DNA of 64,000 bases from Bispira polyomma (Eukaryota). The translations under genes and the position numbers were made by a program. The notes beneath the pieces were generated by a model. The model was not told the origin of the DNA and did no database searches. It was given only the letters and a program-made list of their open reading frames with translations. The DNA lies in NCBI GenBank assembly GCA_965649765.1, contig OZ287753.1, positions 4,216,001 to 4,280,000 on the forward strand, given 5' to 3'. Below are positions 34,168-47,827 of the stretch, in pieces; positions within the stretch are counted from its first letter, which is position 1; every line of letters begins with the position of its first letter.

Positions 34168-35142
34168 TGTAGTATGGGTTAACAGGAGCTCCTCAAGGAC
34201 TGTGTATAGTATTCAAAGAAATTCTATCTCTTATGGAATTATGTTTAATGCTTCTTGGCATATAATATGAATATAAAAAACATGCTATTATAGGTGGAAA
34301 GCATATCAAGTATATTTTCTTCTGAAAGATTCAAACAAGTTAATGATAATATATTACTTACTTGTATAAAAAGACATATAAAGAACAAATATTTACACAG
34401 AAATAAAAAATTATTGTTAAACAACTGGTGTAAGTTCTTCTCTGAAACAATATTTACAAGATTACTCTATAAAGAACAAAGGGGATTGAGGAGAATAGAA
34501 TTACCTTGTAATTTATACATTACTAAACAATGACAAAAATCTTATATATTACAAAATGTTAAAACACAGCATTCAATTTAAACTATGTGGATAGTTATTT
34601 CTAATTTGAAAAAAATGTACTGGGATACAATACAGAACTTAATTTGAACCATTTAGTAGGCATTTCTAAATTTAATGATAATGTGCTTAGATACACAGAT
34701 AAAAATTTAAAAAAATCATAATATACCTGTATCACCATACAGTAAAAACAAGTGAAGATTTTTTAAAACTGGCTGTGATTAAATTATTTGTTGATTCATA
34801 TTATTTTGTTAGCTGTTAGTATGAACTATCTTTAATGTGATACTGAGATTATACTGAGATTCAAGGAAATATACTGTAGTCTGTTTATTATCTTACCCAT
34901 TGACAAAAATTCATTTACAATATTACATTCTTAATTTTTACTTTGTTCAAACATTTAGAACATTCTTATTATTTACATTGTTTAAACTTTTAAATTAGAC
35001 AAATGTCATGTGTTTCAGAGTTTTCATGAATGTTTAAAAAGAACCACTTATGTCTCTATAATTTTTTTTTACAGTACATGACTGCCTTTTGGGCTTTGAA
35101 GACACAAGGGAACACTAAGTTACGCCTATGTTCTAGTCTGTC

Positions 35143-36170
35143 TTAAAGGTAACACACACTTTTTCCAAAGCTTTGTCCAGAATGTTCTTTGATCCATAGA
35201 TTAGGATCTCTAAGACTAAGGCCGACACCAAACAATTTGTCATGTGGATTGGCTTCCATGATGTCGTTTTGTCCTGTGTTAATCAAAAACTGCGCTAAAG
35301 TGGGGTTTGGTTGGAACTTAGCATATAAACCTTTGTAGAGGATACTTTCAATCTCATTTTTCCATGTGTCACTTTTGAAACCCACCACTGCTTCCTCAAA
35401 CTTCGTCTGTTGTACAGGATCTTGGGTATGACTGATCTTCACTACACTCTGATGATCTCCATGCAGTTAAACCTTTCACCTTCCAGTTTAAAGTTAGACA
35501 TGTAGTGGTTGGACAGAGGGCTATTCCTGGTAAAAAAAGCTGTGATGCCATTTCTATCAGTAGCGAAGAGGGTCTCAGGTTTATACGCCAGAGGCAATAA
35601 ATGAAGACTGTCAGTGGCATATGACTTCCCATTTAACACAATTTTATCCATTTTAAGATGTACCCTGTGGTTTGAGTTGCCAGGCTCTGTCGACAGTTTC
35701 TTCGGTATAGCCTTGACTATGGGAAACAGTTGCTTGCGCATGTCATCAACATATTGAGAGAAATCATCACTGATACCTATGCTTTCATTTTGTTTGATCT
35801 GTTGCCTTGCCTTTAGTAAATGTTCTTTATCTTTGTAGTGGCTAAAACGAGCAATAACTACACGATTTTTATCCTTTTGTGGCTTTCCAATTCGGTGCAA
35901 TCTTTCAAAATTCCTGTCATTGAACTGGATATTGAAATGAGCAAGGTATTTATTGGCCATCCTTACAAGATGAACATTAACATTTTTATCCTTATTCTCT
36001 GTTACCCCATAAAGTCTTATGTTGTTTCTTCGACTGTAGCTCTGAAGCTTGTCCACTTTATCCCTTAGTTGTTGATTTTCAGTTCTCAAGACTTCTATGT
36101 GTTTCCTTAACTCGCCTACTTCTTTTGAGCTATCACTCACTTGATCAAATTTATCATGTAAAGGTTGCAA
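35143..36170 (-). pseudogene. L1-type ORF1p (coiled coil-RRM-CTD) fused to a C-terminal NADAR/YbiA-like domain; one deletion-frameshift at ~35455
   Basis: LQSYSRRNNIRLYGV..RLHRIG..VIARF..ISDDFS..RKQL (L1 ORF1p), then in frame FFTRNSPLSNHY..GERFNCME / DPVQQ..W..ILYKGLYAKFQPNPTLAQFLINTG..IMEANPHDKLFGVG (NADAR pattern). Confidence 0.85.
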
Positions 36171-39042
36171 CTTTTACTGCGACCACTTCTACACTCCAGT
36201 TCGGGTAAAAAAGTAATTTCTGTGGCTGACCATTTTGACACTGGTGTATTCAATCATTTTTCCACACTCATTTAAAAAATTTATAGTGTGCAGCTAAGTC
36301 TGTATGCATTGACATGAGCCTGGTTTCAATCAATTGACTCACTACTATTAGTTCTCCAATATACTACTTGAAAATAGCGTTAATTATCTAATACTGGATC
36401 ACTGTATCACCACAAGTTCCCAAATTGTTTATAAACAAAAACATTCACTAGAAGCACACAGCATAGAAAAAGTTATCAAATCATTCACAAACCCATATTG
36501 AAAAACAGTAGGAACACAAACACACAGTCAGAAATTATTCCCATTGATATCTATGCCAAGAGAGGCAACCTTTTTATCTAGATGAAATCTAGATTATACT
36601 ATACAGAGAATCCAATGTTTAGGACAGCACTTTTTACCATTTGCTTATATTATTTTCACTTCATTTTGTTGTAGTCAATACTGTTTGGTACTAAAGATAA
36701 GGACCATGTTAGAATATATGCATTTTTTATTTTATTTGTTTGTTAAATGCGTTTAGTACTTTGGTCTCGTAATTACTGTATTTTTCCTTATATCTTTCCA
36801 TGCTTGGACAGACAAGTAAACAAAGTTGTATATTCAAGGAAAAGTATAGGTTTAAAGATATTTTTATGACATATATACACCTATACCGATGGGATACCTG
36901 TAAATTCTATGTAACTTTCTTGCGAAAACACACGCTTCTTCACTTTGGTTTGCACTGCTAGATGGCGCCACACTACAGTGTTTTTTTTATTATAAGTATT
37001 TCAGATATTTGGTACTAGTATATAAATTTCAACTACGTGCGTAGTAAAAACTGAAAAATGCTTCATTATTAGTAGGAAAGCAAGATGGATGGAAATCTCA
37101 ATAGATGTACCCTTAAATGTATGTATATATATCTCACCCCATATGCACATATAGTTGCTTTAATCCATCACAATTTCTTTTGCAAGACTTCCTTAGCTTT
37201 GGGAACAGCCATTATTTGTTGTTAATCAATATACTTGCACACAAACAAATATGGCGACTGACCTACTTATATCACGCGAGACAGTGATTGGCTGAAAATC
37301 TGGGCTGTTTCCAATGCGTGTGCGCATTAACTCCAGTATATCGAGTCAAAGGTCAGTCCTCTCAGATGGCTTAATTGAAGCTTAACAAAAGTACCCTGCA
37401 CCAACTTCCATATAAGGAAATTAAACTGTACATATACACCAGCGATACATACAAATGGGCCATTTACAAAGACAGACTAATTTTACGTTAGAATTACGAG
37501 ACTCATCAACACGTGTTTATCTATCTGTGTACTTACTTCACAACTTCTGCTACTGCGAATATAAACAGATTTGAAGATATTTCCAAGGTATATAGATATA
37601 TGAAAGAATATATATATTGCCCATTTTATAACAATTATGAAAATAGAAGGATATATCAAGGGCAATATGCAGACAGCATCGTCATTCAAATATATATTGT
37701 TTTCTGGACATACTTCCTGTGAAGTACACAGATGGATATGCATGTATACTTGGGGTGAAGGTTGTTGCAGAATAGTAAACAACACATGTCATTGCATACC
37801 ATTTCTCGATTCAACATTTTCGTTTAAAACGAAAATTAAAGGAATTAATATACAGGTAAATACTTACTTTATATCCCCTTCATTTTATAATACACTGTTT
37901 AATATTATTATGCTGCACTGTATATATTTTTAAGCAATTCGCCATTTTTTTAAATCCCAAGTATATACATATCCATCTGTGTCCAAATACTGCAAGATTA
38001 GTTCAGGTGACGTCATTATGACGTTTCATAAACAGGTGCTTAACGTTTTTGACAAATAACAGCTTTAAGGGTATTTACAGAGCATTTACATATATGATGG
38101 AATATATACTACAATATTAGTGCCGAAATGCTTGAATAAATACAAGGAAGAAAAAGGCTATTAATAAGAAAAGAAGTACACAGATAGATATGCACGTGTT
38201 GTTTACTTGACAATGCTAATGGCGGAGTAGTTCTGGTGACGTCATTATGACGTTTCATATACAGTACATGTGCTTCACAACAAATGAAAATATATATATC
38301 AAAATAAAACGAGAGGAAATGGATAGAAATCTGAAAAGAAGTAAGAAACAATATTTTGCCTTACATCTTCATGTTATTTCCATAATATTTCCTTTTTCTG
38401 CAAATGTATAATATACTCGCAGTAACTCAAGTACATACACAGATTTTAACTGCTCAGAATATGTGCGTAGTGTAGAAAATATGGCTTGACAATTCAATTT
38501 TGTTAAATAACCTTTAATTTATTTTTAATTTCGAAGTAAAAAAGCAAGATTTCAGAACACAAGAAAGGGTAATAAAATAACATAATAATAGCCTCTTTAT
38601 TATGTCAGACAAATATACAATAACATTTCTAAAATTTCCCTTTCATCCATTATTCCCTTCAATTTGCTTTCCATATCCATGTGTTTCCAAAATGCCCAAT
38701 ATTTATTGTTATGAAACGTCACGTGACTGTGAACAGCTAATCAGAATCGCTGATACAGTAACTAATAAAATCGCTCCATACAAACAGACATTGACCATCA
38801 ACAACCAAGATGGAGTTGTAGGTAAACAAAGCAACTTCTGTGAGATACCAAGGGATAAAAAGTATGTTATTTCGCAGTTATTAATCTAAATAATGGCCTC
38901 ACATTTTGACAGAAGATGCAAAAGTATTTATTCTTTCCATTGAATTTATGTCCTAATTGTGACCAAAATATTGAAAAAAAATATAAAATGTTTTGTACAA
39001 ACTAGTGAGGCAATACAGCTCCATCTTCTCGACCAGTGACTA

Positions 39043-39602
39043 CACCCGTGAACATTGATTGTAACGAATTAGTTTTTCTTAGAATTTTATTATTTAAAAC
39101 TACTATTTATTTTGTATTTGTACTTCATAAAATAGGTTATTTGATACCACATTTAATAAATTATTTGATGATTATTCTAGAAATTAAATAGTTCTTTCAA
39201 ATTTTCAAAATCGAAAAAATGGACATTAATTGGAACACTTTTCTAATTTTTTTTACTGTGCTTCTTGATATTAACCAATAAATACCAATGAAATTATTCT
39301 TAATTACATAATTGGCCATGTCGTCTAATTTACTAAAGATTGTGACAGTAAATCTAAAATAAACCGCCCGAAAAACAAATAGGCATCAATATTGTCATAT
39401 TTCGGATTAGGAATAAATAAAATTGCTTTAAAAGATTTGTTATTCTTTAACAGGGATATTAATTGGACATTATTATTACGTCTTTTTATAAAATATATGC
39501 CAGTGTAATTTTATTTTTCATTTGTTTTATTTAAGCTATAACCTTGCAATTTACTGTATAATCATTCCAATTAATGTCCGTTCCAATCAATGTCCACGGG
39601 TG
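39043..39602. mobile_element. Tc1/mariner-type MITE (560 bp)
   Basis: TA|CACCCGTGAACATTGATTGTAACG ... CGTTCCAATCAATGTCCACGGGTG|TA; inner repeat GGACATTAATTGGAAC at 39221. Confidence 0.8.
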
Positions 39603-40539
39603 TAGTCTACTATTTTCTTACTTTTCACCAACTGGTCATCTAGATAGGTGGGGACATAACAATGTCGTCTTGTTTCTGTAGGTTGTCAGTAATCCATAAA
39701 AGGTGTCAAAAAACATCTACACTGTGTGCATCCTACAGTGTTCTGCTTCACTTAACATAGCAACATAGTAAACCATGCTATTTTCCTGTGTTCAAATTAT
39801 AATTAACTGATCTTCTATCAGGAAAAATACACTAATTCTGATGTTATTCCATTCCTGATATATTATATTTCATGTATATGTATAAATATTTTCCATGACA
39901 CGTTGATAAACAAGGTTAAGTCTTTAAAACCTCTCTCTCTTTAAATACGCACATTCACACATCATGTTGCATAAAAAACTCAGGGACTTGTCGCTAATTG
40001 GTTGGAGACTCAATAGAGGTCAGTAAATAGCCATCGGAAATTTTGTTTTGATGCTACATATGTAGGCGAGAGGTGGTGAGATTGCTCGGGGATTGTTTGC
40101 ACAGCCAATTAAAGATTAGTCGCTGTCTTGCTGAGATCACCAAATTTTGGCTTTTTGATCGGCGACTGATTTTCAGACTGGTCGGCGACACATTTAAGAT
40201 GGGTTACCAATTAAAAATATCAAAGACCAGTTAGAAACAAACAAAAACCTGTGAACAGTAGTGGCATGGAAATGGCACGTTCTAAAGAACCTATCGCAGA
40301 CCAGTGGGAGATCAAACAAAGACCTCCAGCTGGATTGTAGAGAGGAATCACTTGTAAACAAAGTAACCTCTCCACAAGCGGAACCTTTTTAAGATCAATA
40401 AGATCTAGCTCAAACTCCAGCAACCTCCACGGATCGAACACAAGAGAGTTTAAAGATAACGAAAGACCTCCAGCAACCTATCTCATTTTTAGCTCGCAGC
40501 AGCTCTTTAACCACTTGTGACTGCTGTGTGACTGGCTTT

Positions 40540-41040
40540 TTAGATCCTATCTGACTTCCAGAACCTCCAAAATCAAACTTATCCTCATTTAGCCTGCCTT
40601 TCAGAGTGCCCCAGAGGTCGGTGCTATGGCCTATGCTTTTTACACTCATACACATTTATCAGTACAGTTATCAATTATCACAATGTTAAACAACACATGT
40701 ATGCTAATGACACTAAAATCTATCTCTCTCAACCCCTAAAACGGCCACAAAAAATTTGGGTCTACTCGATTACTCACCTAAGTGCAGTCTTGGAAGAAAC
40801 ACAGTGAGTACCTCAGATCATTATTCCCATTACACTACTAAACAATATACATCCCTCTGATAACGTTAAGAACCTTGGTGTCACCATTGACTCCACTTTC
40901 TCAATTAATACACACATCAGTATCATTTGCCAATCTTGTTACTATCACATTCATGATATAAAAAGAAGTAGAATTCCCTTGCCACCGGATACAGCCATCA
41001 TTGTGGTGAAGTCCCTTGTTAGCAGCTGTTGCAGTCAATT
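40540..41040 (+). mobile_element. L2-type LINE remnant, right half
   Basis: RSYLTSRT directly continues LDWV from 15312; then VPQRSVLWPMLF, MYANDTKIY, VKNLGVTIDS. Confidence 0.78.
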
Positions 41041-41700
41041 TTTACTATCTGTGTTGAGTCATTTTGGAGTGGAAATCCGCACTGATGTCTCTAGATCCCT
41101 TAGAAAAATACAAATGGGTCGTATTCACAAAATATCTTTTGGTCTAAAATATTTAATACTGCCTACTCTTATTTTTAGTGTGAGGAGCAAAAGTTAACAC
41201 AAAGCAAAGATATTTTGCTACTGTCACTGACCAAAATCTTAATCTTATAAACGTTAAGCTGGATCCATGAGTCAGGTGATCTTGTTCATGATAATAGGTA
41301 TTGTCTGAAGTGTCACCTAATCCCTGAACAGTCAGGGCGGAGATGGGTGATGTGTGCTTCTTTCGGTTACATTCTGCCTAGTACTGGTGATTTTATTCAT
41401 CATTCTAAGAAGCAGCAAATGGTGATGCAAGCTAATTTGTTTTTACATTACAGTAATTTGTGTGACACATGACACACATAATCTGCATGTGCCATATAAA
41501 AGTTGCAGATAAATTTGCAAAGTATACTTTGCAGTTAGACTTTGCAGTAGAGTGGTAGCCGGTTTTTATTTTGAGAGGAAAGCAATAGAAGATAATAAAA
41601 AACTTCACAAGGTAGTTTGTGGGTTTAGGATTTATATTTTATGAAGCTGGCCTTATTTTGTTTGGGAAAAACCCTGGGGAGGTGTAAAGCAGTGTTTCAT

Positions 41701-41962
41701 AATTGTATCCACCGATCCGGTGGATACTTTGGTTAAGTGTTCGCTACGCCGCCGCCACATAGAGATTGTCGCTGTTAACACTCTCAGCGGAAAACTAGAC
41801 TAGCAAGCTTTACCAAATTTGCAGGATATCTTCATTGGGAGGTAAGCTTCTCTGCGACTGAAATAAACCTCATTCTGAAAAACAAGATGGCCGGCATTGG
41901 TATTTCTCGCTTATTATTGGTCCTACAGTTTTGAGATGTAAAGGCAACCTATAGGAAATCAT
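41701..41962. mobile_element. Second, truncated copy of the HINE-like element
   Basis: Matches 9665-9870 (palindrome TATCCACCGATCCGGTGGATA) plus part of the tandem unit. Confidence 0.75.
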
Positions 41963-42340
41963 ATCCAGTTCACACCAATGAGTTCACCACAAAACGTATA
42001 TAATAATCAGTTTATATCCACAGGAAAAGAAATAAAGTGTTTCACAGTATAGCAGTTCATACAGCACACCAACTCAATAAACTCTAGTCTGTGGTCAGGC
42101 TTTGAACCCTTATATATACTACAGCTAGAGAATGCAAACAACAATTGCTAGAACGTTCCAGAATGAAATGTAAACTGATTAACACAACTACAATAAAAAT
42201 AAAACCAAAATAGAACTAGCTTCTAGAAGCTTAGGGGTTCCCCAAATCTAAAAATAGATCACTCTAGCCGAGTGTAAGAAACATCAGTACTAACTAGACC
42301 GGTTCTGCTTTAACATAGCACAATGTTCTTATATGTAACA
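41963..42340 (-). mobile_element. Partial LTR, same family as 15576-16326
   Basis: Reverse-complement match to ~15576-15925, ending ATGTAACA at 42340. Confidence 0.75.
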
Positions 42341-44786
42341 TCTACGAGTGTACTGAAACATCTTTGCCTGTAACATTCTTCATGAACCATAACAATTAAA
42401 AAGACAGCATGTCGTTCAACAAAAGCCTTTCATTTAATAGTTTGATAAGGCCATACAGAATGTTGGTCGGATAAACATAATTGTTCTGTATTTACAGCAA
42501 CTTTATTTCATGCTAAATACATACAATTGGATCTATGTCCAATAATTCCAATAATTTCATTGAAACATTGAACTACAACTTAACTATTGTATATCAATAC
42601 TGTTCCATTTATATTCCATTTTTACATTATGTACTTTCCTCTTTCAATTCAGGTACTGGTATCAGTTATGGTTCCAGTCTGTGGTTCCAGTTTTGGTTCT
42701 AGTTATGAGGTCCAGTACCAAACAACCTGGCTCGAATATTGTCATTGTGTAATTTTTAAGATATAACGCCAGGCAGTAAGCATTTTTCTCAGTTCTTCTT
42801 TGAGTTTGAATGGCTATGTTAATTAAATCAGTAATGTGTGTCCCTTTAATTGGCTTATTATTTTTGTCAAAATTTCCATTGTAAAATGCCCTTTAATTTT
42901 TCTTATAAGCTTTAACCTTTTTCTGTGTAGCATTGTGGGTAGTGTTATTTTAGGTATTTCTGGATTTTACTTTTACCCAGAACTTCAAAAAGTGTTTTAC
43001 CAAGGGGATCCTAAAATAACACATATTATGACAATGAGAGCAAAAATGCAGGACGGTAAAGTATTGCACCGTTCCTCAGGAGCATTACCATCAGCTAACT
43101 ATTTAACAAAACCCAAGGAGGTTTCTCCCAACACAGGCTGTTAAGGATCATGGTGATTACCCCGTCCAGTACCACCTATATACCCAAAGGGGTTCAACCC
43201 TGTCGTGGAAACGTGGCGCTGGGCTGTTAATACTACCTGACTGCCCCTTTGTCAGGCTCATCCCATTGCCTATTTATTTAGGCCAAACAGTAAAGTGTAG
43301 GACTTTATAGTCAAGTAAGCTGCCACCAGCTTAACTTTTGGCTTAACTAACCATTAGAAAGATATGTCCTTATCACCTCATTGCCATATTATTTAATACC
43401 CCGGAATGACCAAACTTATTGCAACGTTATAGTTGGTGATTCCCTCTTATGTTCCAGACCAACAAACTATCCCCAACCACCTGGGAATCCTACCAACCAA
43501 GGCCAATTCTTATAGTTATACTATCTTACATTCCCCAACCTAGGTGCTGCCTAAATTATACTGAATCAGTATACTAGTTTGGATGTTCATGTAAAAATGT
43601 GGTAGGTTGATACATGAACATCCCCTGTTCTTAACACCTGCCAAGGTAAACTGTAGAGTAGGAAAAACATGGGCAATATGAGAATTTTGCAGCTTAGGTA
43701 CTGGGATCTAAGTTGCAGCATACAATGACATCTACTAAATAGGGATTTTAGCTTAAAGTGAAACTTTATTTAAACTAAAGGTCAATCAAGGTCACACTAA
43801 TTAACTGATTTAAATGAATGATACTAAAACACATGTCAAGTGAAACACAAGAGGTAATAAGAACAATAATTAACTTTTTAATAATAACAGGAAATAACCA
43901 GTTGTGTGTAACATTGCATATGGTGTGTAAAATGTATAGGTGTGAGTGAAATACAAGTTGCCAAAAGAGGTATCATAAAATATTATTTTAAATGCGAACA
44001 ACCACTGGTGGCTGCAACTAACTTACAAATGAACACTGACCAAAAACATAAGGAACAAAATTAATATAATGGAATTAAATTATTTACCCAAAATAGTGTA
44101 TGCAGAAAACAATATACTTCAAAGAAAGAAGAAGACAATTGATATTTACAAAAATTTATAACTAAAACTTGGTGGAAAATTTAAGCATTTAGGATTTGGA
44201 AAGAGGTCATATGATATCTCAGGTGACCACAGGAGAAAAATTTATATACCTAAAAAACCTAAATTTTAGAATAATTATAAGAAAATTATATAATTAAATA
44301 GGAAAACAGAGATTTGCGAGAACCACATTTAACATATAGAAATAACTTAAGTGGTGCAATACATTTAGTAAATAAAATACAAGTGGCAGAATTTAATTAA
44401 ATCAATAAAACAGAATAAAAAAATACATTCAACAACGGAAAATTATATGAATTTATGAAGGAAACAACAAATAAATGTGAGTGGTAAAACTTAATAAAAA
44501 ATTATTTGAATATGGAAAATCATATAAAGGCAATATCACATTATACTTTACATTACAGGAGAACTCATTTTATATACTTTATTAATATTCAGTATTTACC
44601 AATTACAATACAAAGGTGATTAAACTGATCATTCACACCAGGATGAATTAACATGAAATGTGTGCATCAAGTAAATCTTTGTGCTTAAATGTTACACTAT
44701 ACAATATATACAATAATTTCCCAAGAATAGCCCGCTGGTACCCCAACCTACCGTTACCATACCCCCACTCATCATAACTGCTAATG

Positions 44787-45476
44787 GATAAAGTAAAGCA
44801 ATGGATTTTAAACAAACTTTGCATAGATATTGAAATAAATGAAACATTAAAAGTACTTGGGTACAATAGATTTGATGAAAACTTTTGGCCACTAAATTTT
44901 ATACTTCTGACGACCAGATACTATATTTATTGGTTCTCAAAGAGGAGTTTCAATCTCAATATATTTCATCTTCAAAAAGTAATCAAGATAATAGTAAGTA
45001 ATAAAGGTTTAACGAACAGAAGCTTCTGTCAAAAGTAAATCAAACAATTGAAATATTTAATAAAAGATGAAATTGGTGACAAAGTTTATTTTTTAATATC
45101 TAAACCCTTTTTCTAGAAAAGATTTTTGCTATGGCAATATGGTGAATCTTTGTTTTAAATTTCACAATTTTCCATTAACCAATGTATTACACAGGTTATA
45201 TATGTATTTATCAGTATTACAACTTTGAAGATTGTATATCCTGTTTTCATTCTGTTTTCAAGTGAACGCATACAAGTATAAAGGGTAAATCTTTCTACCT
45301 TCTTCATGTATTTTAGTGTCAAATTATCAAGAGCATTTTGTTCTTATACCTTTATGTTTGAAATTAAATGTTGTCTGTGTCAAGTTGTTAAGTAAAATGT
45401 ATAATTCACAGTAGTTACTGTAACTCAAGTATGTGTGAGTTTTATGTCAGTTTAAAAAAAAATAAATAAAAAAAAA
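44787..45476 (+). mobile_element. 5'-truncated L1/Tx1 LINE copy with poly(A) tail and 13-bp TSD
   Basis: ORF2 C-terminus (VKQWI..LGYNRFDENFWPLNFILL) similar to 28700-28850; poly(A) at 45454-45477; TSD ATAACTGCTAATG at 44774-44786 and 45477-45489. Confidence 0.88.
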
Positions 45477-47827
45477 ATAACTGCTAATGTCACAAGCTGT
45501 AAATATTTCACTCTGAGTGGTAACAGTGAGGAGATCACAAGAAGCTGAATCATGGTCAAAACCGAGATGTAGCCGGCCGAAATCTACAAAACTGTCCCAA
45601 CTCAGAGGTACCCACCGTAAGCACCGTATCCCAACTGTGGATTTTAGAAGGAAGAGAGAAAGGAATAACTTAATGAAATGAATGTTGAATTAATGAATGA
45701 TGAATAACGATTGAATGGGTGCAGGGTTTTATCCTGGCTACCTGACTCAGAACCCTCATAGGAATTTCTTTTAAGCCAGGGCTATCTTGGGTGAACTACG
45801 TTAGCCCTGCGACTGTCCAGGTATATTCCCAAGCCAACTTCCAATGCACCTATCCTCCGCAATTTATTACCCAATTTGTGTGTTGTCACCTGTTCTCAAA
45901 TGAATAAAAAATACCAACTCTGTCCATCTGCACTCAAGACGTGAATCCCTCCCCTAGTCTCTACAGGGAAACTGACCAGCATAGGAAGGCCAATCCTAGA
46001 GTATTTTCGATGTAATTAATAGGAAATAAGAAAATGAATGAAGTCAAACAGTTTTCAGACATGTCGGTCTAGGATGAATGGCAATAGCCAATGGAAGTCA
46101 AGATCACAAAAAAGGCCTTTTACCTGAGAAATGTATTCCTCCCATATAAAAAGTCCAAACCGCTAATTTTATAAGCCCACATATTTTGCATGATTTTATT
46201 GTAATAAATTTAGAAACTAATAAGATGAATTTGTAGCCCATCTATCCCAATCAAACATGGTCCGAAATCACAAATTAAACTTATCAAAATCCATACCTAA
46301 TGGTGAAAACAGGTCCTTCCTCTCCAAAATCCCGCTGAAAAGAGACAGAAGCAAAGCTTGAGGCCCCACAGCTGCCCGCCAGCTCACCCCCTCACCCAAG
46401 ATACAAACTATCCCATTGGTTAATCTACCCAAGTTCTGATATTTAGGATGAAAGGGGGTTTCTCATAGATCAAGCACCCAGTCTATCTACAGATCCTTTG
46501 TCCACCGTCAGACTGTTGTTTTTAGTCTTGTTTAACAAGTCTGCCGTAACCTCTTACTAAACCCGAAAATGGGAGAGTACTAAAGCTCGCAAGCTGGCAA
46601 GGCATACAACCTATCCCGCAAATCACTGGGGATCTTGTTTACCACATTACCCCCTCCCAGGACCAGATGTCCATGTCTGTTGTATCCTTGGGAAACCTTG
46701 ACCTAGAGCAAACCAATCCCTTAACCAAAACTTGTTCTAGACATAACCACTTGGGTACCGAACTCACAAAATACACCTAACCGGTGCACAACAACTTAAT
46801 TAGCATGCAATTATTCCATCCAAACCCCCTGTCACACAACCTATTTGACAATTTACAACATAAAATAACTAACTATTTACTAGTTTTAGGTATATATCAT
46901 GTCCATATAAAAAAAAAAAAAACTATATAGTTACTAGTTTTTGGTATATTATGTCCATATAAAAAAAACACACAACCTGCAAATAACCCAAAAGATAATC
47001 AAAGATTTTAACTTAAAATGTCTCCAGGGACACTTAAACACCAGAATTTTTAATACAAATGTCACAACATGGCTTGTCCATCCCTTCAAAGTTTAGTCAA
47101 AGTCCGCTTCTCCTACTCCTTGCTTCTTCCTATTGTTCCTGGGTCTATATACACAGTTCTTATCAATATAGTGACTACATACTGCTCCGAGGATCAGCAC
47201 AAGCATCTAGTTCTACATCCGGGGAGACTACACTCACAGGACATCTTTCAGGCTTTGAAAAGGACATATAAAAACTATATTGATTCGTTCTAACATTCCA
47301 ATCACTATCTGTTAGGGATTGTTTGGCTTGCAAAACAATGACATTGTAAGGATGCAAAATCTCTCAGCCAGAGGTTTGACACATCTCAGCCACACCATGT
47401 ATATCGGAAAGTTGTTGCTTAGTGCATGAATGGGTTTTATAGTAGCACAAGTGATGCATAGATAGCCTATAACTGCACTTACCCTTTATGCAAAAAGGGA
47501 TTGACCAATAAACATTTTTTATACATGCACTAATTGTGTTTATATTTGCATGCATACATGTACTAATACAAAGATAGACTATATATATATATTCAGACCC
47601 ATGTAAAACTAACAGTGTGATGCTTAGGGTATTAAAGTAATGGTGCTGAATCTTTCCTCATTTCCCTAAGCTCAGAAGAAAGTGAAGAGACACAGGGATA
47701 AATATGGCTTCTAAAACTGTTAATTTTTTTTTATTTGATATAAATATATTTTTATTATGACAATTTTCATCATTCATAACATTATAATTTACTGACCAGT
47801 TTGCAACATTATATATGTTATCCCTAG

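Larger units (their letters stand above)
30089..36300 (-). mobile_element. Near full-length L1/Tx1-clade LINE (decayed) with ORF1-NADAR and ORF2
   Basis: ORF2 fragments 34167 to 30475 (MSANCQGL, CLQDT, IDFEKAFDS, QFANDTT), AATAAA and A-rich tail near 30089-30121, ORF1 at 36170-35143, ~1 kb AT-rich inter-ORF spacer; 5' boundary uncertain. Confidence 0.9.
15315..40539 (+). mobile_element. PIF/Harbinger DNA transposon (decayed, expanded to ~25 kb by nested insertions)
   Basis: Imperfect ~55-bp TIRs (AGCCCTAGTCACACAGCCGT..GAGCTGTTACGAGCT versus AGCTCGCAGCAGCTC..ACTGCTGTGTGACTGGCT), TAA/TTA flanks, convergent transposase and MADF/Myb-SANT genes, recurrent subterminal GTCGCC/GGCGA motifs. Confidence 0.8.

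Noticed and set aside
36900-38900. Scattered direct and inverted motifs (GGTGACGTCATTATGACGTTTCATA x2, AAGTACACAGAT) suggesting a DNA transposon remnant
   Set aside because: No termini, TSD or coding remnant could be defined.
30085-39981. GAGTTT...AAACTC ends with AGGT/AGGG flanks suggesting a Sola-like container around the minus-strand LINE
   Set aside because: The inverted match is under 10 bp and overlaps the LINE poly(A) tail; could be chance.
42341-47560. Possible internal region of an LTR retrotransposon next to the partial LTR
   Set aside because: No recognisable gag/pol motifs, PBS or PPT by eye.
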